NCBI GenBank assembly: GCA_964588465.1
Contig: CAZPPL010000001.1
Location: 50,782-114,781, forward strand
DNA: 64,000 bases
Source: an uncultured Gammaproteobacteria bacterium
GTDB lineage: Bacteria; Patescibacteriota; Patescibacteriia; Patescibacteriales; UBA12465
Reading direction: 5' to 3'
Part shown: piece after piece, positions 18,792 to 29,347 of the stretch
Layout of the letters: every line of letters starts with the position of its first letter
Numbering within the stretch: position 1 is the first letter of the stretch
Notes under the pieces: model-generated
Told to the model about the DNA's origin: nothing
Seen by the model: only the letters and a program-made list of their open reading frames with translations
The model's database searches: none
Made by a program: the position numbers and the translations under genes

Positions 18792-20048
18792 ATGTATCAA
18801 ATATTTAAACAAGCAATTAAAGTTCTATTTGCCAATCCTACCCGAACGGTTTTAACCACTCTAGGTGTTATGATTGGAATTGCTACGGTAATCTTGGTAT
18901 TATCAGCTGGAGCAGGATTTAGAAGTTTAATTAATTCTCAATTGCAAGTCTATGGAACTAATACTTTGTTTGTAGAGACCAGAGTACCTCCCACCACTAA
19001 AAATCGTAATGCTGGGGCTATGAGTGCTGATACTGGACGAGCTATTTCGTCAGTCGCTATAACTACCTTCAAAAATAGAGATTTAAAGGATATTTTAAAA
19101 CTTAATAATGTAAAAAATGCTTATGGTTTAGTAGTCGGACAAAAAGTTATTAGTTATCGAGATGTTAGTAAAAGTGTTTTATTTTATGGGACCTCTGCTA
19201 ATCGTTTTAAAATTGATAAGAATACCTTAAAATATGGGAGATTCTTTACCGCCACTGAGGATGCGGGAACGGCTCAAGTGGCTATTTTAGGCAGTAGTTT
19301 AGCTAAAGATTTATTTCCTAATAATCTAAATCCAGTAGGAAAAATAGTCCGTTTAGGCAATCTAAATTTTAAAGTTATTGGGGTTTATAATCCAATGGGA
19401 GTTTTAGGGGGAAATAGTAATGACATGTTATATATTCCCTTAAAAACTGCGCAAAAAAAAATACTCGGCATAAATTATTTATTAATGGCCGTGGTCCAAC
19501 TTAAAAATGTTAATTTAAGTGACGCTACCGCTCGAAATATTAGACTACTACTGCGAGAAAACCATCGCATTAGTAATCCTAATAAAGATGACTTTCTAGT
19601 GCAAACTCAAGCCCAAGCTATGGGCACCTTTAACACTATTTTTGATGGTATTACTATTTTACTAATTGCTATCGCTGCTATATCCCTTATTGTGGGTGGA
19701 GTGGGTATTATGAATATTATGTATGTAGTGGTGACAGAACGGACTATGGAAATCGGACTAAAAAAAGCTTTAGGAGCAAAAAACTCAGATATTTTGAAAG
19801 AATTTTTAGCGGAGTCTATCCTAATCACCCTGCTAGGTGGCATTATTGGTATTGGCTTTGGCTCTATTCTAGGTTATTTAGTAGCCATTATTGCTACCAG
19901 TAAGGGTCTGGCTTGGACTTTTTCAGTTCCGATATATGGTATAATTCTGGCAGTAGGGGTTTCTGCTGTGATTGGTATTGGTTTTGGAGTTTTCCCAGCT
20001 CGTAGCGCGGCTAAGTTAGACCCAATGAAATCTTTAAGACATGAATAA
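18792..20048 (+). CDS. ABC transporter permease, MacB/FtsX-like (second copy)
   Basis: Same architecture as the preceding gene (LKKALGAKNSDILKEF...); the two are paralogous tandem permeases. Confidence 0.8.
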   Translation: MYQIFKQAIKVLFANPTRTVLTTLGVMIGIATVILVLSAGAGFRSLINSQLQVYGTNTLFVETRVPPTTKNRNAGAMSADTGRAISSVAITTFKNRDLKDILKLNNVKNAYGLVVGQKVISYRDVSKSVLFYGTSANRFKIDKNTLKYGRFFTATEDAGTAQVAILGSSLAKDLFPNNLNPVGKIVRLGNLNFKVIGVYNPMGVLGGNSNDMLYIPLKTAQKKILGINYLLMAVVQLKNVNLSDATARNIRLLLRENHRISNPNKDDFLVQTQAQAMGTFNTIFDGITILLIAIAAISLIVGGVGIMNIMYVVVTERTMEIGLKKALGAKNSDILKEFLAESILITLLGGIIGIGFGSILGYLVAIIATSKGLAWTFSVPIYGIILAVGVSAVIGIGFGVFPARSAAKLDPMKSLRHE

Positions 20049-20060
20049 AATTATAAATAT

Positions 20061-20540
20061 ATGGAAATCACTAAAATTAAATCCAAAATTAGAAGACCTT
20101 TTAAGAGTAAACGAGAAAAATTATTACAGACCTTAATTACTAAATTAATGCAAGCAATTAAGAAAATACATAGTGGCCAAAATTTTCCTTTTGGAGATTT
20201 TACTCTTACCCACCAGCAAATTATGATTCTATTTTTTATCGCTAAACATAAACGAGGAGTAATAGTGAAAGATTTAGCTAATTTTTTACAAGTGACTCCT
20301 GGAGCTATTACTCAATTTACTGATGTTTTAGTAAGTTATAAATTAGTATGTCGAGAAAGAACTACTGACGATCGTCGTTTAACTAAAATTAAACTAAGTC
20401 CAGCTGCTCAAATCAAATTCAAAAAATTTAAGAACGACTACCTGTTTTCTGCTAGCCAAGCTTTTGAAAACTTAACTATTAATGAACTACAAGAATTTAT
20501 TAGATTAATAGAAAAAATTACTATCAAAGATAAAGGTTAA
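20061..20540 (+). CDS. MarR-family transcriptional regulator
   Basis: Winged-HTH pattern LTHQQIMILFFIAK...VIVKDLANFLQVTPGAITQFTDVLVSYKLVCRERTTDDRRLTKIKLS. Sits immediately after the efflux operon. Confidence 0.65.
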   Translation: MEITKIKSKIRRPFKSKREKLLQTLITKLMQAIKKIHSGQNFPFGDFTLTHQQIMILFFIAKHKRGVIVKDLANFLQVTPGAITQFTDVLVSYKLVCRERTTDDRRLTKIKLSPAAQIKFKKFKNDYLFSASQAFENLTINELQEFIRLIEKITIKDKG

Positions 20541-20791
20541 GCTATCTAAGTTCAGATACATATTGGAATCTATTTGAGTCCAGAATGTATATAAATAGGT
20601 TTTAAATACCATAATTGTCTAGAATTTGGTAAATTATATAATTATAGTATTGAATATAGTTAAATTTGAATTAATTCATTCATATTTTAAATCAAGAGTA
20701 GTCTAATATATATAAATACGTTTAGTAGATAATTTAATAGAACCGTGTTAAAATAATAAATAATAAAGTTTAAATATTATTTATTAACTTT

Positions 20792-21187
20792 ATGAAAAAA
20801 AAGAATTTTATAATTGTTATTCTATTACTTATCCTGTTATTTCTTGTTTTTCTATTCTTCAGACAAAAAACTAAATCAAAGGCTATAAATACTAATAATT
20901 CTTCAATCACTAACACTAGTAACGAAAACTCTAGTACAACAACTGGAAATTCAGTGACTATGAACGGTTGGCTAAGATGTTTACCTCACAAGACTAGGGG
21001 AGTGCTCTGTGTTATTGGTATAGAAAACAGTGATAATCAAATTTATGGATTGATTAAACAAAATGGTAAGCTTTTGGATCCTACCCAACTAACGACTGGA
21101 AGTCGTTATAAAGTTACTGGTAATTATGTAGCTACTCCTAATTCTCTACAAGCTTATAAAATTCAAGGAACTATTAAACTTAAATAA
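20792..21187 (+). CDS. membrane-anchored or secreted hypothetical protein (131 aa) with an S/T/N-rich linker
   Basis: N-terminal hydrophobic anchor (FIIVILLLILLFLVFLFF), a low-complexity NTSNENSSTTTGNS linker, and a small Cys-containing beta domain. Confidence 0.4.
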   Translation: MKKKNFIIVILLLILLFLVFLFFRQKTKSKAINTNNSSITNTSNENSSTTTGNSVTMNGWLRCLPHKTRGVLCVIGIENSDNQIYGLIKQNGKLLDPTQLTTGSRYKVTGNYVATPNSLQAYKIQGTIKLK

Positions 21188-21292
21188 ATTAAATCAAAAT
21201 ATTAACACATCAATTTAAGCTATTTCTTGGAATTTTTTATAAAATTATGCTAAAATATAAAGGTTATATAGAAATTAATTAAATTTAAAATT

Positions 21293-21787
21293 ATGTCCAA
21301 GAAAATATTAAAATCTATCACAATTATTGCCACTCTTAGTTTAATGGCCTTTATTGTTATCATAGTATTTAATTCATCTAAGTCTCAGGCCGCTGGTAAT
21401 ACTATTAAGGTAAGTGCCAGTGATCTGACTAATGCCGGTTTTACTGGAGTTAAAAAAATTAAACCCCAGGCTAACGGTCGCTATGTTGGACCAAATCTAT
21501 ATTTTTCAGTTAATAACAAACTAAGTCCAGCAGATTCTAAAATTCCTAAAGCGGTTATGATTGATGATTTGCTATTGCCTTATAATCCACCTACTGGGGC
21601 TCTATTTATCTACGGTTCCGATAGCCATAGTTTTAATATTCACGACGGGGCAGGGAAAGAGGCGACTATAGCTGACGGTCGTACCGCAATTAATTTTGTT
21701 AAAGGCTATCATTATATAGTTGTTATCGGCCCCAATAAAACCGATACCGAAAACTTAGCCTCAAATTTAGCTAATAAGATTCAATAA
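21293..21787 (+). CDS. membrane-anchored or secreted hypothetical protein (164 aa)
   Basis: N-terminal signal/anchor (ITIIATLSLMAFIVIIVF) followed by SKSQAAG. No known motif. Confidence 0.4.
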   Translation: MSKKILKSITIIATLSLMAFIVIIVFNSSKSQAAGNTIKVSASDLTNAGFTGVKKIKPQANGRYVGPNLYFSVNNKLSPADSKIPKAVMIDDLLLPYNPPTGALFIYGSDSHSFNIHDGAGKEATIADGRTAINFVKGYHYIVVIGPNKTDTENLASNLANKIQ

Positions 21788-21813
21788 AGCTAGATTGGAT
21801 TAATCTTAAAATT

Positions 21814-24300
21814 ATGAAAAAATTACTATATTTTAGCGTTAGCGCTTTAGTAATTACCTTTTTTTTAGCCCTAACTAGCTCAGCGAGTGCTAGTTCGCCA
21901 ATCTTAAAATTAATCGCTACTGGCGTGGGAGATAAAGTGGAAATAAATATTAGTGGAGCTAGTGCTAATACTAATGTTTTATTACATTATAATAAAACTA
22001 ATGGTAATTCTTATCTTCAATATTTAGGCGAAACCAATTCTAGTGGTACTTACAATACAACTATTAGCACTGCTAAATATAACATTAGTCCTAATGCCCT
22101 AATTTATGTAAGTATTGATAAACAAGATTCTAACTCCTTGGCTTGGCCTTATAATGTTTCAACTAGTGGAGCTATAGCTTTGAATCAAACCAGTGTGGTA
22201 TTGCCAGTAGCCCAATCTACTAATTTAACAGTCTCTAACGCCAGTGGCAAAGTGCTATATCTATTGAATAATTCTAATCCACAAATTGCTAATATTAATA
22301 TAATCGGTAGTCAAATTACAATTTTAGCAAACTCTTATGGTCAAACAGTAGCAACTATTTGTGCCTTAGGTACCACCTCTAATTGCGCTAGTACTTATAT
22401 TACTGTCCAAAATTCCGGAGCTACAGTCTTAACTTTCAGCCAAGCTAATTTGACTATCGCTTCTGGTCAAAATTCGTTAGTTACCATTTTAAATGCTAAT
22501 AAAAGTATAAACTATTCAATTTTGAGTAATTCTAATCCCAACATTATTTCAGCTAGTATCGCAGGCGCAATTATTACTTTAGATGCTAAGGGTAATAATG
22601 GTTCTGCCTCTTTAACAATTTGTTCAACGGACATGAGCGCCTGTGGTATTATTAAAGCTACTGCTGGTAATATCACCTCCACTGGTTTAAATTTTAGTCA
22701 AACTGCCCCCAATTTATCAATTGGTCAAACTCTAAATATCATCCTTTCTGGAGGAAACAATTATAATATTTCTTCCAACTCTAATCCAACAGCAGTTCAA
22801 GCTAGTATAAACAATACTGATAAATTAACTCTAATTGGTAATAAAACTGGTTCATCAATAATTACAGTTTGTTCTTCTACTGGCAATTGTGGTTCTATCA
22901 CTGCAACAATAAGTTACACTACTAGCGGACCAATAACTTTGAGTCAAAATAATCTCTGGCTTAGAATAGGCCAAGCCATAAGTATAAGTATTTCGGGTGG
23001 TTCCAGACCCTATAGTTTACTCAGCACTAATACTTCTAATAATATTTTTAAAGCTACTTTAAACAATAATATTTTAACTATGAGTGGGCTTAGTGCTGGC
23101 TCCGGAAATATTAATGTTTGTTCTGCGGGTGGAGCTTGTACACAATTGGCAGTTTTAGTTAATGGGGAAAGTTATAGCAAACAATTATCTTTTAGTAATA
23201 ATAATTTAAAATTAGATATTGGTGACACCGCTAAAATAAATATTTATGGCAATGGTGGCTATTATATTTCCAATACTAATAGTCAAAATATTGCTTTAAT
23301 AAAACTAGACGCTTCTACTATTAATGTTTCCGCTCTTAAAGCCGGTAGTGCTAATGCTACTGTCTGTCAAACTGGCGGTCAGTGCAGTGTACTTTATGTG
23401 GCAGTAGGTTCCAATACCACAAATAAACCCTTGAGTTTCAGTCAGAATAACCCCATTATATCTCTAGGGCAAGATTTAACTATTTCTCTGTCTGGCGGAT
23501 TAACTAATAATTATTATATTTCTTCTAATTCCAATCCCACAGTGGTAAAAACTAGTATTACCAGCTCTAGTTTAAAATTATCTGGTCTAAACAAAGGTTC
23601 TTCGGTTCTGGTAATCTGTTCAGCAACTAATAGTTGTAACTCTTTAGCAGTAGCCATAACCACTGCCAGTCTAAAACCTACTGAAACGACTAATGTCAAT
23701 CCAGGTAATACAGTTTTAATGGCCGTTGCTAGTCAATCTAAAATTATTGCCAGCGGCAATATTAATTTAATCTTAAGTGGTATTAAGAGGACTAGAGATT
23801 TAAACTTAGAACATACTACTTTAATAAAATATGTGGATCCGCTACTGAAAAACTTCAATCCACAGGCTACTGAAATTAATGATTTAACCTATTTTATTGC
23901 TTACGGTACTAATGACACTCTAAAATTAGGTGCTGGGGAACGAGCCGGAGTTATTGGTTCTTATCTGGAGGCTTATGATAAATTACCAAATTCTACAGGA
24001 CAATGGTCTGATGTTTTAAAAATATCCTTGGGACGTTGGCCAAGCGAAATTAGTCCTAGTGCTATTTCTCAAGCTAAACTAGAATTTATCAAAGTCTATA
24101 ATCGTCCAGCTAATATGAACAATAATATAGATCTCAACGCTATTACCGTTATCGCTTATGGTTTAAGACCAAGCAAACGTAATAGCAATAGTGAAAGACA
24201 GGCAATAAAATCTTTTGAAGACGTCTATAGACATCCTCCAGTGGATTCTTTAGCTTGGAATATTGTACGAGCAATCGCCTATAGTGGAGCAAGTAGATAA
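21814..24300 (+). CDS. large secreted surface protein with about seven tandem BIG2-like (bacterial Ig-like) repeats and a distinct C-terminal domain of about 200 aa
   Basis: Signal peptide, then repeats of about 82 aa matching the BIG2 pattern (LSFSQNN..L.IGQ...I.LSGG..Y.ISSNSNPTV....L.L.G...GSS...VCS...CxS), each carrying a Cys pair. The C-terminal 200 aa are non-repetitive. Confidence 0.6.
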   Translation: MKKLLYFSVSALVITFFLALTSSASASSPILKLIATGVGDKVEINISGASANTNVLLHYNKTNGNSYLQYLGETNSSGTYNTTISTAKYNISPNALIYVSIDKQDSNSLAWPYNVSTSGAIALNQTSVVLPVAQSTNLTVSNASGKVLYLLNNSNPQIANINIIGSQITILANSYGQTVATICALGTTSNCASTYITVQNSGATVLTFSQANLTIASGQNSLVTILNANKSINYSILSNSNPNIISASIAGAIITLDAKGNNGSASLTICSTDMSACGIIKATAGNITSTGLNFSQTAPNLSIGQTLNIILSGGNNYNISSNSNPTAVQASINNTDKLTLIGNKTGSSIITVCSSTGNCGSITATISYTTSGPITLSQNNLWLRIGQAISISISGGSRPYSLLSTNTSNNIFKATLNNNILTMSGLSAGSGNINVCSAGGACTQLAVLVNGESYSKQLSFSNNNLKLDIGDTAKINIYGNGGYYISNTNSQNIALIKLDASTINVSALKAGSANATVCQTGGQCSVLYVAVGSNTTNKPLSFSQNNPIISLGQDLTISLSGGLTNNYYISSNSNPTVVKTSITSSSLKLSGLNKGSSVLVICSATNSCNSLAVAITTASLKPTETTNVNPGNTVLMAVASQSKIIASGNINLILSGIKRTRDLNLEHTTLIKYVDPLLKNFNPQATEINDLTYFIAYGTNDTLKLGAGERAGVIGSYLEAYDKLPNSTGQWSDVLKISLGRWPSEISPSAISQAKLEFIKVYNRPANMNNNIDLNAITVIAYGLRPSKRNSNSERQAIKSFEDVYRHPPVDSLAWNIVRAIAYSGASR
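22175..23680 (+). repeat. coding tandem repeats (about 246 nt / 82 aa units, roughly 6-7 copies, diverged) inside the 828-aa surface protein
   Basis: Periodicity is visible at the protein level (LTFSQANL / LNFSQTAP / ITLSQNNL / LSFSNNNL / LSFSQNNP ...). The DNA copies are diverged, so this is not a CRISPR array. Confidence 0.5.
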
Positions 24301-24474
24301 TAAGTAAACTCAATATAATATTATATAATTACTTCACAATATTTAATTTAGTTTAAATGCTGACTATTATTAGCCTAGACTTTTTTTAGTTTTAAGTTTA
24401 TTATGCTAAGCTTAAAAAATATACAGCTATAATTTAATAAATCTTTAAATTCTAAAACTTAACATTATCATATT

Positions 24475-26322
24475 TTGTTTATTTCTATGACTAGTTTATT
24501 CAAATTAAAAAGTAATTTCTTACCATCTGGAGATCAACCAAAGGCTATTAAGGAATTACAATCGGGCTTGGATAAAAATTTTAGATATCAAACTCTCCTA
24601 GGCGTAACTGGCAGTGGCAAAACCTTCACTATTGCTAATTTAGTTGCCAATATAGATAAACCAGTTTTAGTAATCGCTCCTAATAAAGCTTTAGCTGCGC
24701 AACTATACCGAGAATATAAAAATTTCTTTCCAGACAATGTGGTTCACTATTTTGTATCATATTATGACTATTACCAACCAGAAGCCTATTTACCTATAAC
24801 TGACACCTATATTGATAAAGAAGCTATGATTAATCAGGAAATAGATCGTTTACGCCACGGAGCGACCTCTGCGCTACTTTCTCGTCGTGATGTAATTATT
24901 GTAGCTTCGGTTTCTTGTATTTATAATTTAGGTTTACCCATCACTTATTTAGAATCACGCTTGGTGCTGCAGAAAGATAAACCAATGGTGCGAGCAGATT
25001 TAATAAAACAATTAGTGAAAATTCAATTTAAACGCAGTAATGGAGAGATTAAACGTGGAGAATTTCGAGTTCGTGGTGAAGCTTTTGAAATCAGACCTAT
25101 GTCTGAAAATATTATATATCGTTTAGAATTGAATAAACAAAAAATTTTTGATTTGACAATTATTAATAATACTACTAATCAAAATATTATTGGTAACTTA
25201 GAAGAGTTAGTAATCTTTCCCCCTAAACATTTTATCTCTACTAAACCACAGATAGAATCGGCACTTCATAATATTCGGGAGGAATTACAAGAACGTTTAG
25301 CTTATTTTAAGAAAGAGGGGTTATTACTAGAAGCAGAACGGCTGAATAGAAGGACTAAATATGATATGGAAATGCTTCACAGTTTGGGCTATTGTCATGG
25401 CATTGAAAACTATTCTCGTCACTTAACTGGTAAGCTGGCCGGACAAGCCCCTGATTCTTTGCTAGCCTATTTCCCTCAGAAAAATGGAAAACCAGATTTT
25501 CTAACCATCATTGATGAATCTCATATCACTGTACCACAAATTGGTGGGATGTATAATGGGGATCAAGCTCGTAAAAAGACTTTAATTCAATATGGCTGGC
25601 GCTTACCTTCAGCTCTAGATAATAGACCTTTGAAATTCAAAGAATTTATCAATAGAGTAGGACCAATAATATTTACTACAGCTACACCCGGAAATTTTGA
25701 ATATAAAAACTCGCAACAAATAGTGGAACAAGTAATTCGTCCTACTGGCTTAATTGATCCTGAAATAGAAATTCGTCCAATATTTAATAAACAAAAAAAT
25801 TATAGTCAAATAAATGATGTTATGGTGGAAATCAAAAAAATTACTGAACAGGGTGAACGGGCAATAATAAATACTTTGACCAAAAAGCAAGCGGAAGACT
25901 TAAATGTTTATCTGAATTCTCAAGGTTTTTCAACCAATTATTTACATTCTGGTATTAAAACTTTACAACGAACCGAAATTTTGAAAAATTTTAGGATTGG
26001 TAAATTTAATACTTTAATTGGAGTCAATCTGTTACGCGAAGGTCTGGACCTGCCAGAAGTTACTTTAGTGGCTATTTTGGATGCTGATCGCGAAGGATTC
26101 TTACGTAGTGACACCGCTCTAATGCAGACCATGGGTAGGGCCTCTCGTAATGTGAAAGGTAAAATAATATTATATGCTGACCAGATTACGGGTTCAATGC
26201 GTAGAGCTATGAAAGAGGTAAAACGGCGGAGAGTTAAACAATTAGCCTATAATAAAAAACATAATATTATTCCTAGAAATATTACCAAAAAAATTGAAGG
26301 ATTCTTAGATATAACTAAATAA
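24475..26322 (+). CDS. uvrB: excinuclease ABC subunit B (short form, 615 aa)
   Basis: Canonical UvrB N-terminus (FKLKSNFLPSGDQPKAI...GVTGSGKTFT), the YYDYYQPEAY beta-hairpin region, and the helicase motifs. The protein appears to lack the C-terminal UVR (UvrC-binding) domain. Confidence 0.9.
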   Translation: MFISMTSLFKLKSNFLPSGDQPKAIKELQSGLDKNFRYQTLLGVTGSGKTFTIANLVANIDKPVLVIAPNKALAAQLYREYKNFFPDNVVHYFVSYYDYYQPEAYLPITDTYIDKEAMINQEIDRLRHGATSALLSRRDVIIVASVSCIYNLGLPITYLESRLVLQKDKPMVRADLIKQLVKIQFKRSNGEIKRGEFRVRGEAFEIRPMSENIIYRLELNKQKIFDLTIINNTTNQNIIGNLEELVIFPPKHFISTKPQIESALHNIREELQERLAYFKKEGLLLEAERLNRRTKYDMEMLHSLGYCHGIENYSRHLTGKLAGQAPDSLLAYFPQKNGKPDFLTIIDESHITVPQIGGMYNGDQARKKTLIQYGWRLPSALDNRPLKFKEFINRVGPIIFTTATPGNFEYKNSQQIVEQVIRPTGLIDPEIEIRPIFNKQKNYSQINDVMVEIKKITEQGERAIINTLTKKQAEDLNVYLNSQGFSTNYLHSGIKTLQRTEILKNFRIGKFNTLIGVNLLREGLDLPEVTLVAILDADREGFLRSDTALMQTMGRASRNVKGKIILYADQITGSMRRAMKEVKRRRVKQLAYNKKHNIIPRNITKKIEGFLDITK

Positions 26323-26334
26323 TATATTACTAAT

Positions 26335-26811
26335 ATGGCTATCAAACAAACCACTAAAATTACAGTTAAGGACCTAGGAACTTGTCAAGAATATATTCCT
26401 CTCGTCTCTAAATGGTTATGGAAACAATGGGCACATCGTAGCGGCCATAGTTTAAAAGGAATAATATATCGTACTGAACATTGTTTAACTAAAAAATGTC
26501 CTCAAACTTTAATCGCCTTTTATAATAATAGACCGGCGGGAACGGTATCACTATGGAAAGCCGATCACCCTTATCGTCAGGATTTAGGTCCTTGGCTTAG
26601 CTGTTTATTTGTACTACCTATATATCGCAATAAAGGAGTCGGGCGGGCACTACAGGCTACCATATTGAAAAAGGCCAAATTAGCTAAATTTAAAAAAATA
26701 TATTTAATAGCTAATTTAAAAAATTATTATGAAAAATCTGGCTGGAAATTTATAGAAAATGGTTTATATACCCGAGGGAGATTTGTTAATTTATATGAAT
26801 ACAAACTATAA
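26335..26811 (+). CDS. GNAT-family N-acetyltransferase
   Basis: Acetyl-CoA binding motif region ([17 protein letters not shown]). Embedded between uvrB and uvrA. Confidence 0.65.
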   Translation: MAIKQTTKITVKDLGTCQEYIPLVSKWLWKQWAHRSGHSLKGIIYRTEHCLTKKCPQTLIAFYNNRPAGTVSLWKADHPYRQDLGPWLSCLFVLPIYRNKGVGRALQATILKKAKLAKFKKIYLIANLKNYYEKSGWKFIENGLYTRGRFVNLYEYKL

Positions 26812-29323
26812 CTTAATGACCGAGAAACTAATTATTCGTGGAGCACGAATGCATAATTTAAAAAATATAAATTTGGAAATACCCCATAATAAATTAACCG
26901 TTATTACTGGTGTTTCTGGTAGCGGTAAATCATCGCTGGCTTTTGATACAATTTTTGCTGAAGGGCAACGCCAATACGTTGAATCTCTATCCCCTTATAT
27001 GCGCCAATTCCTAGGCCAGAAGAAACCAGCGAAGGTGGATGAAATAATTGGTTTAGCTCCATCTATCTCTATTGACCAAAAAGCTTTATCTCATAATCCA
27101 CGTTCTACGGTGGGGACTTTGACTGATATTTATGATTATCTGCGAGTACTCTATGCTCGGGTCGGAAAAGTGTTTTGTCCAATCTGTGGCACCAGGATAG
27201 AAAAACTCACCGCCCAAGAGATGGTGGATATAATTATTGAACGGGGTAAAAAATTATCAGAAAAATATGTGAATATTCTATCACCAGTTATTCGCGACCG
27301 AAAAGGAGAATATTATCAACTATTATACAACTATCTATCACTAGGTTATAGCAAAGTACGGATTGATGGTAAAATTCATTCTCTACGTGAACAACTAAAA
27401 TTGGCTCCTAAGAAGAAGCATAATATTGACCTAGTAATTGACAAAATATCGTTTGATGACCAGACTCGCTTATTTGAAGCCGTAGAAAACTCTTTAACTT
27501 ATAGTCACGGACTATTAATAGCTCAATACTTTACTAAAGAGTTTCTATTATCAGCCAATTGGACCTGCCCTCAGGATAATTTTTCTTTTGGAGAAATAGA
27601 ACCTCGCCTATTTTCTTTTAATTCACCACATGGTGCTTGTCCTAAATGTAACGGACTGGGAAAAACAAAATTTTTTTCTAATGAACTCTGCCCAGTTTGC
27701 CAAGGACAGCGTTTACGGCCAGAAGCTTTAGCGGTTAAGATACAAGGTAAGAATATCGCTGAAATTGGTAAACTTTCTATTAAACACGCTCTAAAATTCT
27801 TCAATGATTATTATGAACAGATGAGCAAACGAGAAAGAGTTATCGCCGAAAATGTACTTATTCAAATAATCAGCCGTCTAGAATTTCTATTAAAAGTGGG
27901 ATTACACTATTTATGTTTGGAACGATCGGCCTATAGCCTATCTGGCGGGGAAGCACAACGTATTCGTCTTTCTTCACAGATTGGTTCCCAATTATCTAGA
28001 ACCCTATACGTACTAGATGAACCCACTATTGGCCTACATGAACGAGATACTACTAAACTAATAGAAACTCTACAGAAATTACGGGACAAACATAATACTG
28101 TTATTATTGTAGAACATGACGAGCGAACGATTCTAGCTTCAGATTATTTAGTTGATCTTGGTCCTCTGGCGGGTATTCAAGGTGGAGAGATTATGGCTAT
28201 AGGAGTAACTAAAGATCTGCTGAATGATAAAAAAAATGAGATTGCCTTGAAGAAATCTTTAACTCTGCAATATTTAAAAGGTGAAAAAAGGATTGATTTA
28301 CCAAAAAATCGTCGTCGACAAAATCATGGTGAGATAAAAATTCGTGGGGCTTATGCTAATAATTTGAAGAATTTAAATGTTAATATTCCTCTTGGCCGTT
28401 TAGTGGGTATTAGCGGTGTGTCGGGTAGCGGTAAATCTTCACTCTTATATGATGTTATTTATAGAAATATAAGTAAACTGAAAAATCAAAGAAATAAAAT
28501 TAAACTAGAACAAGTTAAGGATATAAAGGGGAGTGAATATATCAATAAAATAGTAATTATTAGCCAATCACCAATTGGTAGAACGCCTCGTTCCAATCCT
28601 GCAACTTATACGGGAATTTTCACCCCTATCAGAGATTTCTTTGCTTCTTTACCCGCTGCTCGAGAAAAAGGTTATACAATAGGTCGTTTTTCTTTTAATC
28701 GTCCAGGGGGGCGTTGTGAGGCCTGTGGCGGAGCTGGAGCTAGATTGATTGAGATGCATTTTTTGCCGCCAGTACTAGTAGAATGCGAAGTTTGTCATGG
28801 ACGACGTTTTAATCGAGAAACTTTACAAATTAAATATAAAGGTAAAAATATTGCCGATATTTTAGATTTGAGTATTAATCAGGCTATTTCACACTTTAAA
28901 GATAATTATTTTATTACTGATAAATTAAAGGTTTTACAATCTGTGGGTTTAGGCTATTTAAAAATTGGTCAAAGTGCCACCACCCTATCTGGCGGAGAAG
29001 CACAACGAATTAAAATTGCTAAAGAATTAACTCATACTCTTGGAAAGCGAACTCTATATCTATTAGACGAACCTAGCACTGGCTTGCATTATCAAGATAT
29101 TAATATGCTACTAGCAGTTCTTAATCAATTAGTTGAAAAGGGAAACTCAGTGTTAATTATTGAGCATAATATGCATATTCTTAAATCTATGGATTATATT
29201 ATTGATCTTGGTCCAGATGGTGGAGAGGAAGGGGGAAAATTAGTAGCTAGTGGCGCACCTGAAGATATTGTTCGTGAGTCAAAAAGTATTACTGGGCAAT
29301 ATTTAAAAAAATATTTAAAATAA
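26795..29323 (+). CDS. uvrA: excinuclease ABC subunit A
   Basis: Two ABC modules ([28 protein letters not shown], second Walker [11 protein letters not shown], two LSGGEAQRI signatures) and Zn-finger Cys clusters. The ORF track start at 26759 overlaps the GNAT gene. In-frame ATGs at 26795 ([11 protein letters not shown]) or 26816 (MTEK) place the [12 protein letters not shown] motif at the expected N-terminal position. Confidence 0.9.
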   Translation: MNTNYNLMTEKLIIRGARMHNLKNINLEIPHNKLTVITGVSGSGKSSLAFDTIFAEGQRQYVESLSPYMRQFLGQKKPAKVDEIIGLAPSISIDQKALSHNPRSTVGTLTDIYDYLRVLYARVGKVFCPICGTRIEKLTAQEMVDIIIERGKKLSEKYVNILSPVIRDRKGEYYQLLYNYLSLGYSKVRIDGKIHSLREQLKLAPKKKHNIDLVIDKISFDDQTRLFEAVENSLTYSHGLLIAQYFTKEFLLSANWTCPQDNFSFGEIEPRLFSFNSPHGACPKCNGLGKTKFFSNELCPVCQGQRLRPEALAVKIQGKNIAEIGKLSIKHALKFFNDYYEQMSKRERVIAENVLIQIISRLEFLLKVGLHYLCLERSAYSLSGGEAQRIRLSSQIGSQLSRTLYVLDEPTIGLHERDTTKLIETLQKLRDKHNTVIIVEHDERTILASDYLVDLGPLAGIQGGEIMAIGVTKDLLNDKKNEIALKKSLTLQYLKGEKRIDLPKNRRRQNHGEIKIRGAYANNLKNLNVNIPLGRLVGISGVSGSGKSSLLYDVIYRNISKLKNQRNKIKLEQVKDIKGSEYINKIVIISQSPIGRTPRSNPATYTGIFTPIRDFFASLPAAREKGYTIGRFSFNRPGGRCEACGGAGARLIEMHFLPPVLVECEVCHGRRFNRETLQIKYKGKNIADILDLSINQAISHFKDNYFITDKLKVLQSVGLGYLKIGQSATTLSGGEAQRIKIAKELTHTLGKRTLYLLDEPSTGLHYQDINMLLAVLNQLVEKGNSVLIIEHNMHILKSMDYIIDLGPDGGEEGGKLVASGAPEDIVRESKSITGQYLKKYLK

Positions 29324-29347
29324 ATTGGCTGATTACTAAATATTTAT

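Noticed and set aside
22175-23680. The repetitive region was considered as a possible CRISPR array or satellite.
   Set aside because: The repeats are about 246 nt, diverged at the DNA level, fully in-frame within one long ORF, and conserved at the protein level as BIG2-like domains. No short direct repeats with unique spacers and no cas genes are present.
26759-26794. ORF-track start of uvrA overlapping the GNAT gene by 53 nt.
   Set aside because: In-frame ATGs at 26795 or 26816 place the conserved [12 protein letters not shown] motif at the normal N-terminal position. The longer start is probably an artefact of taking the first ATG.
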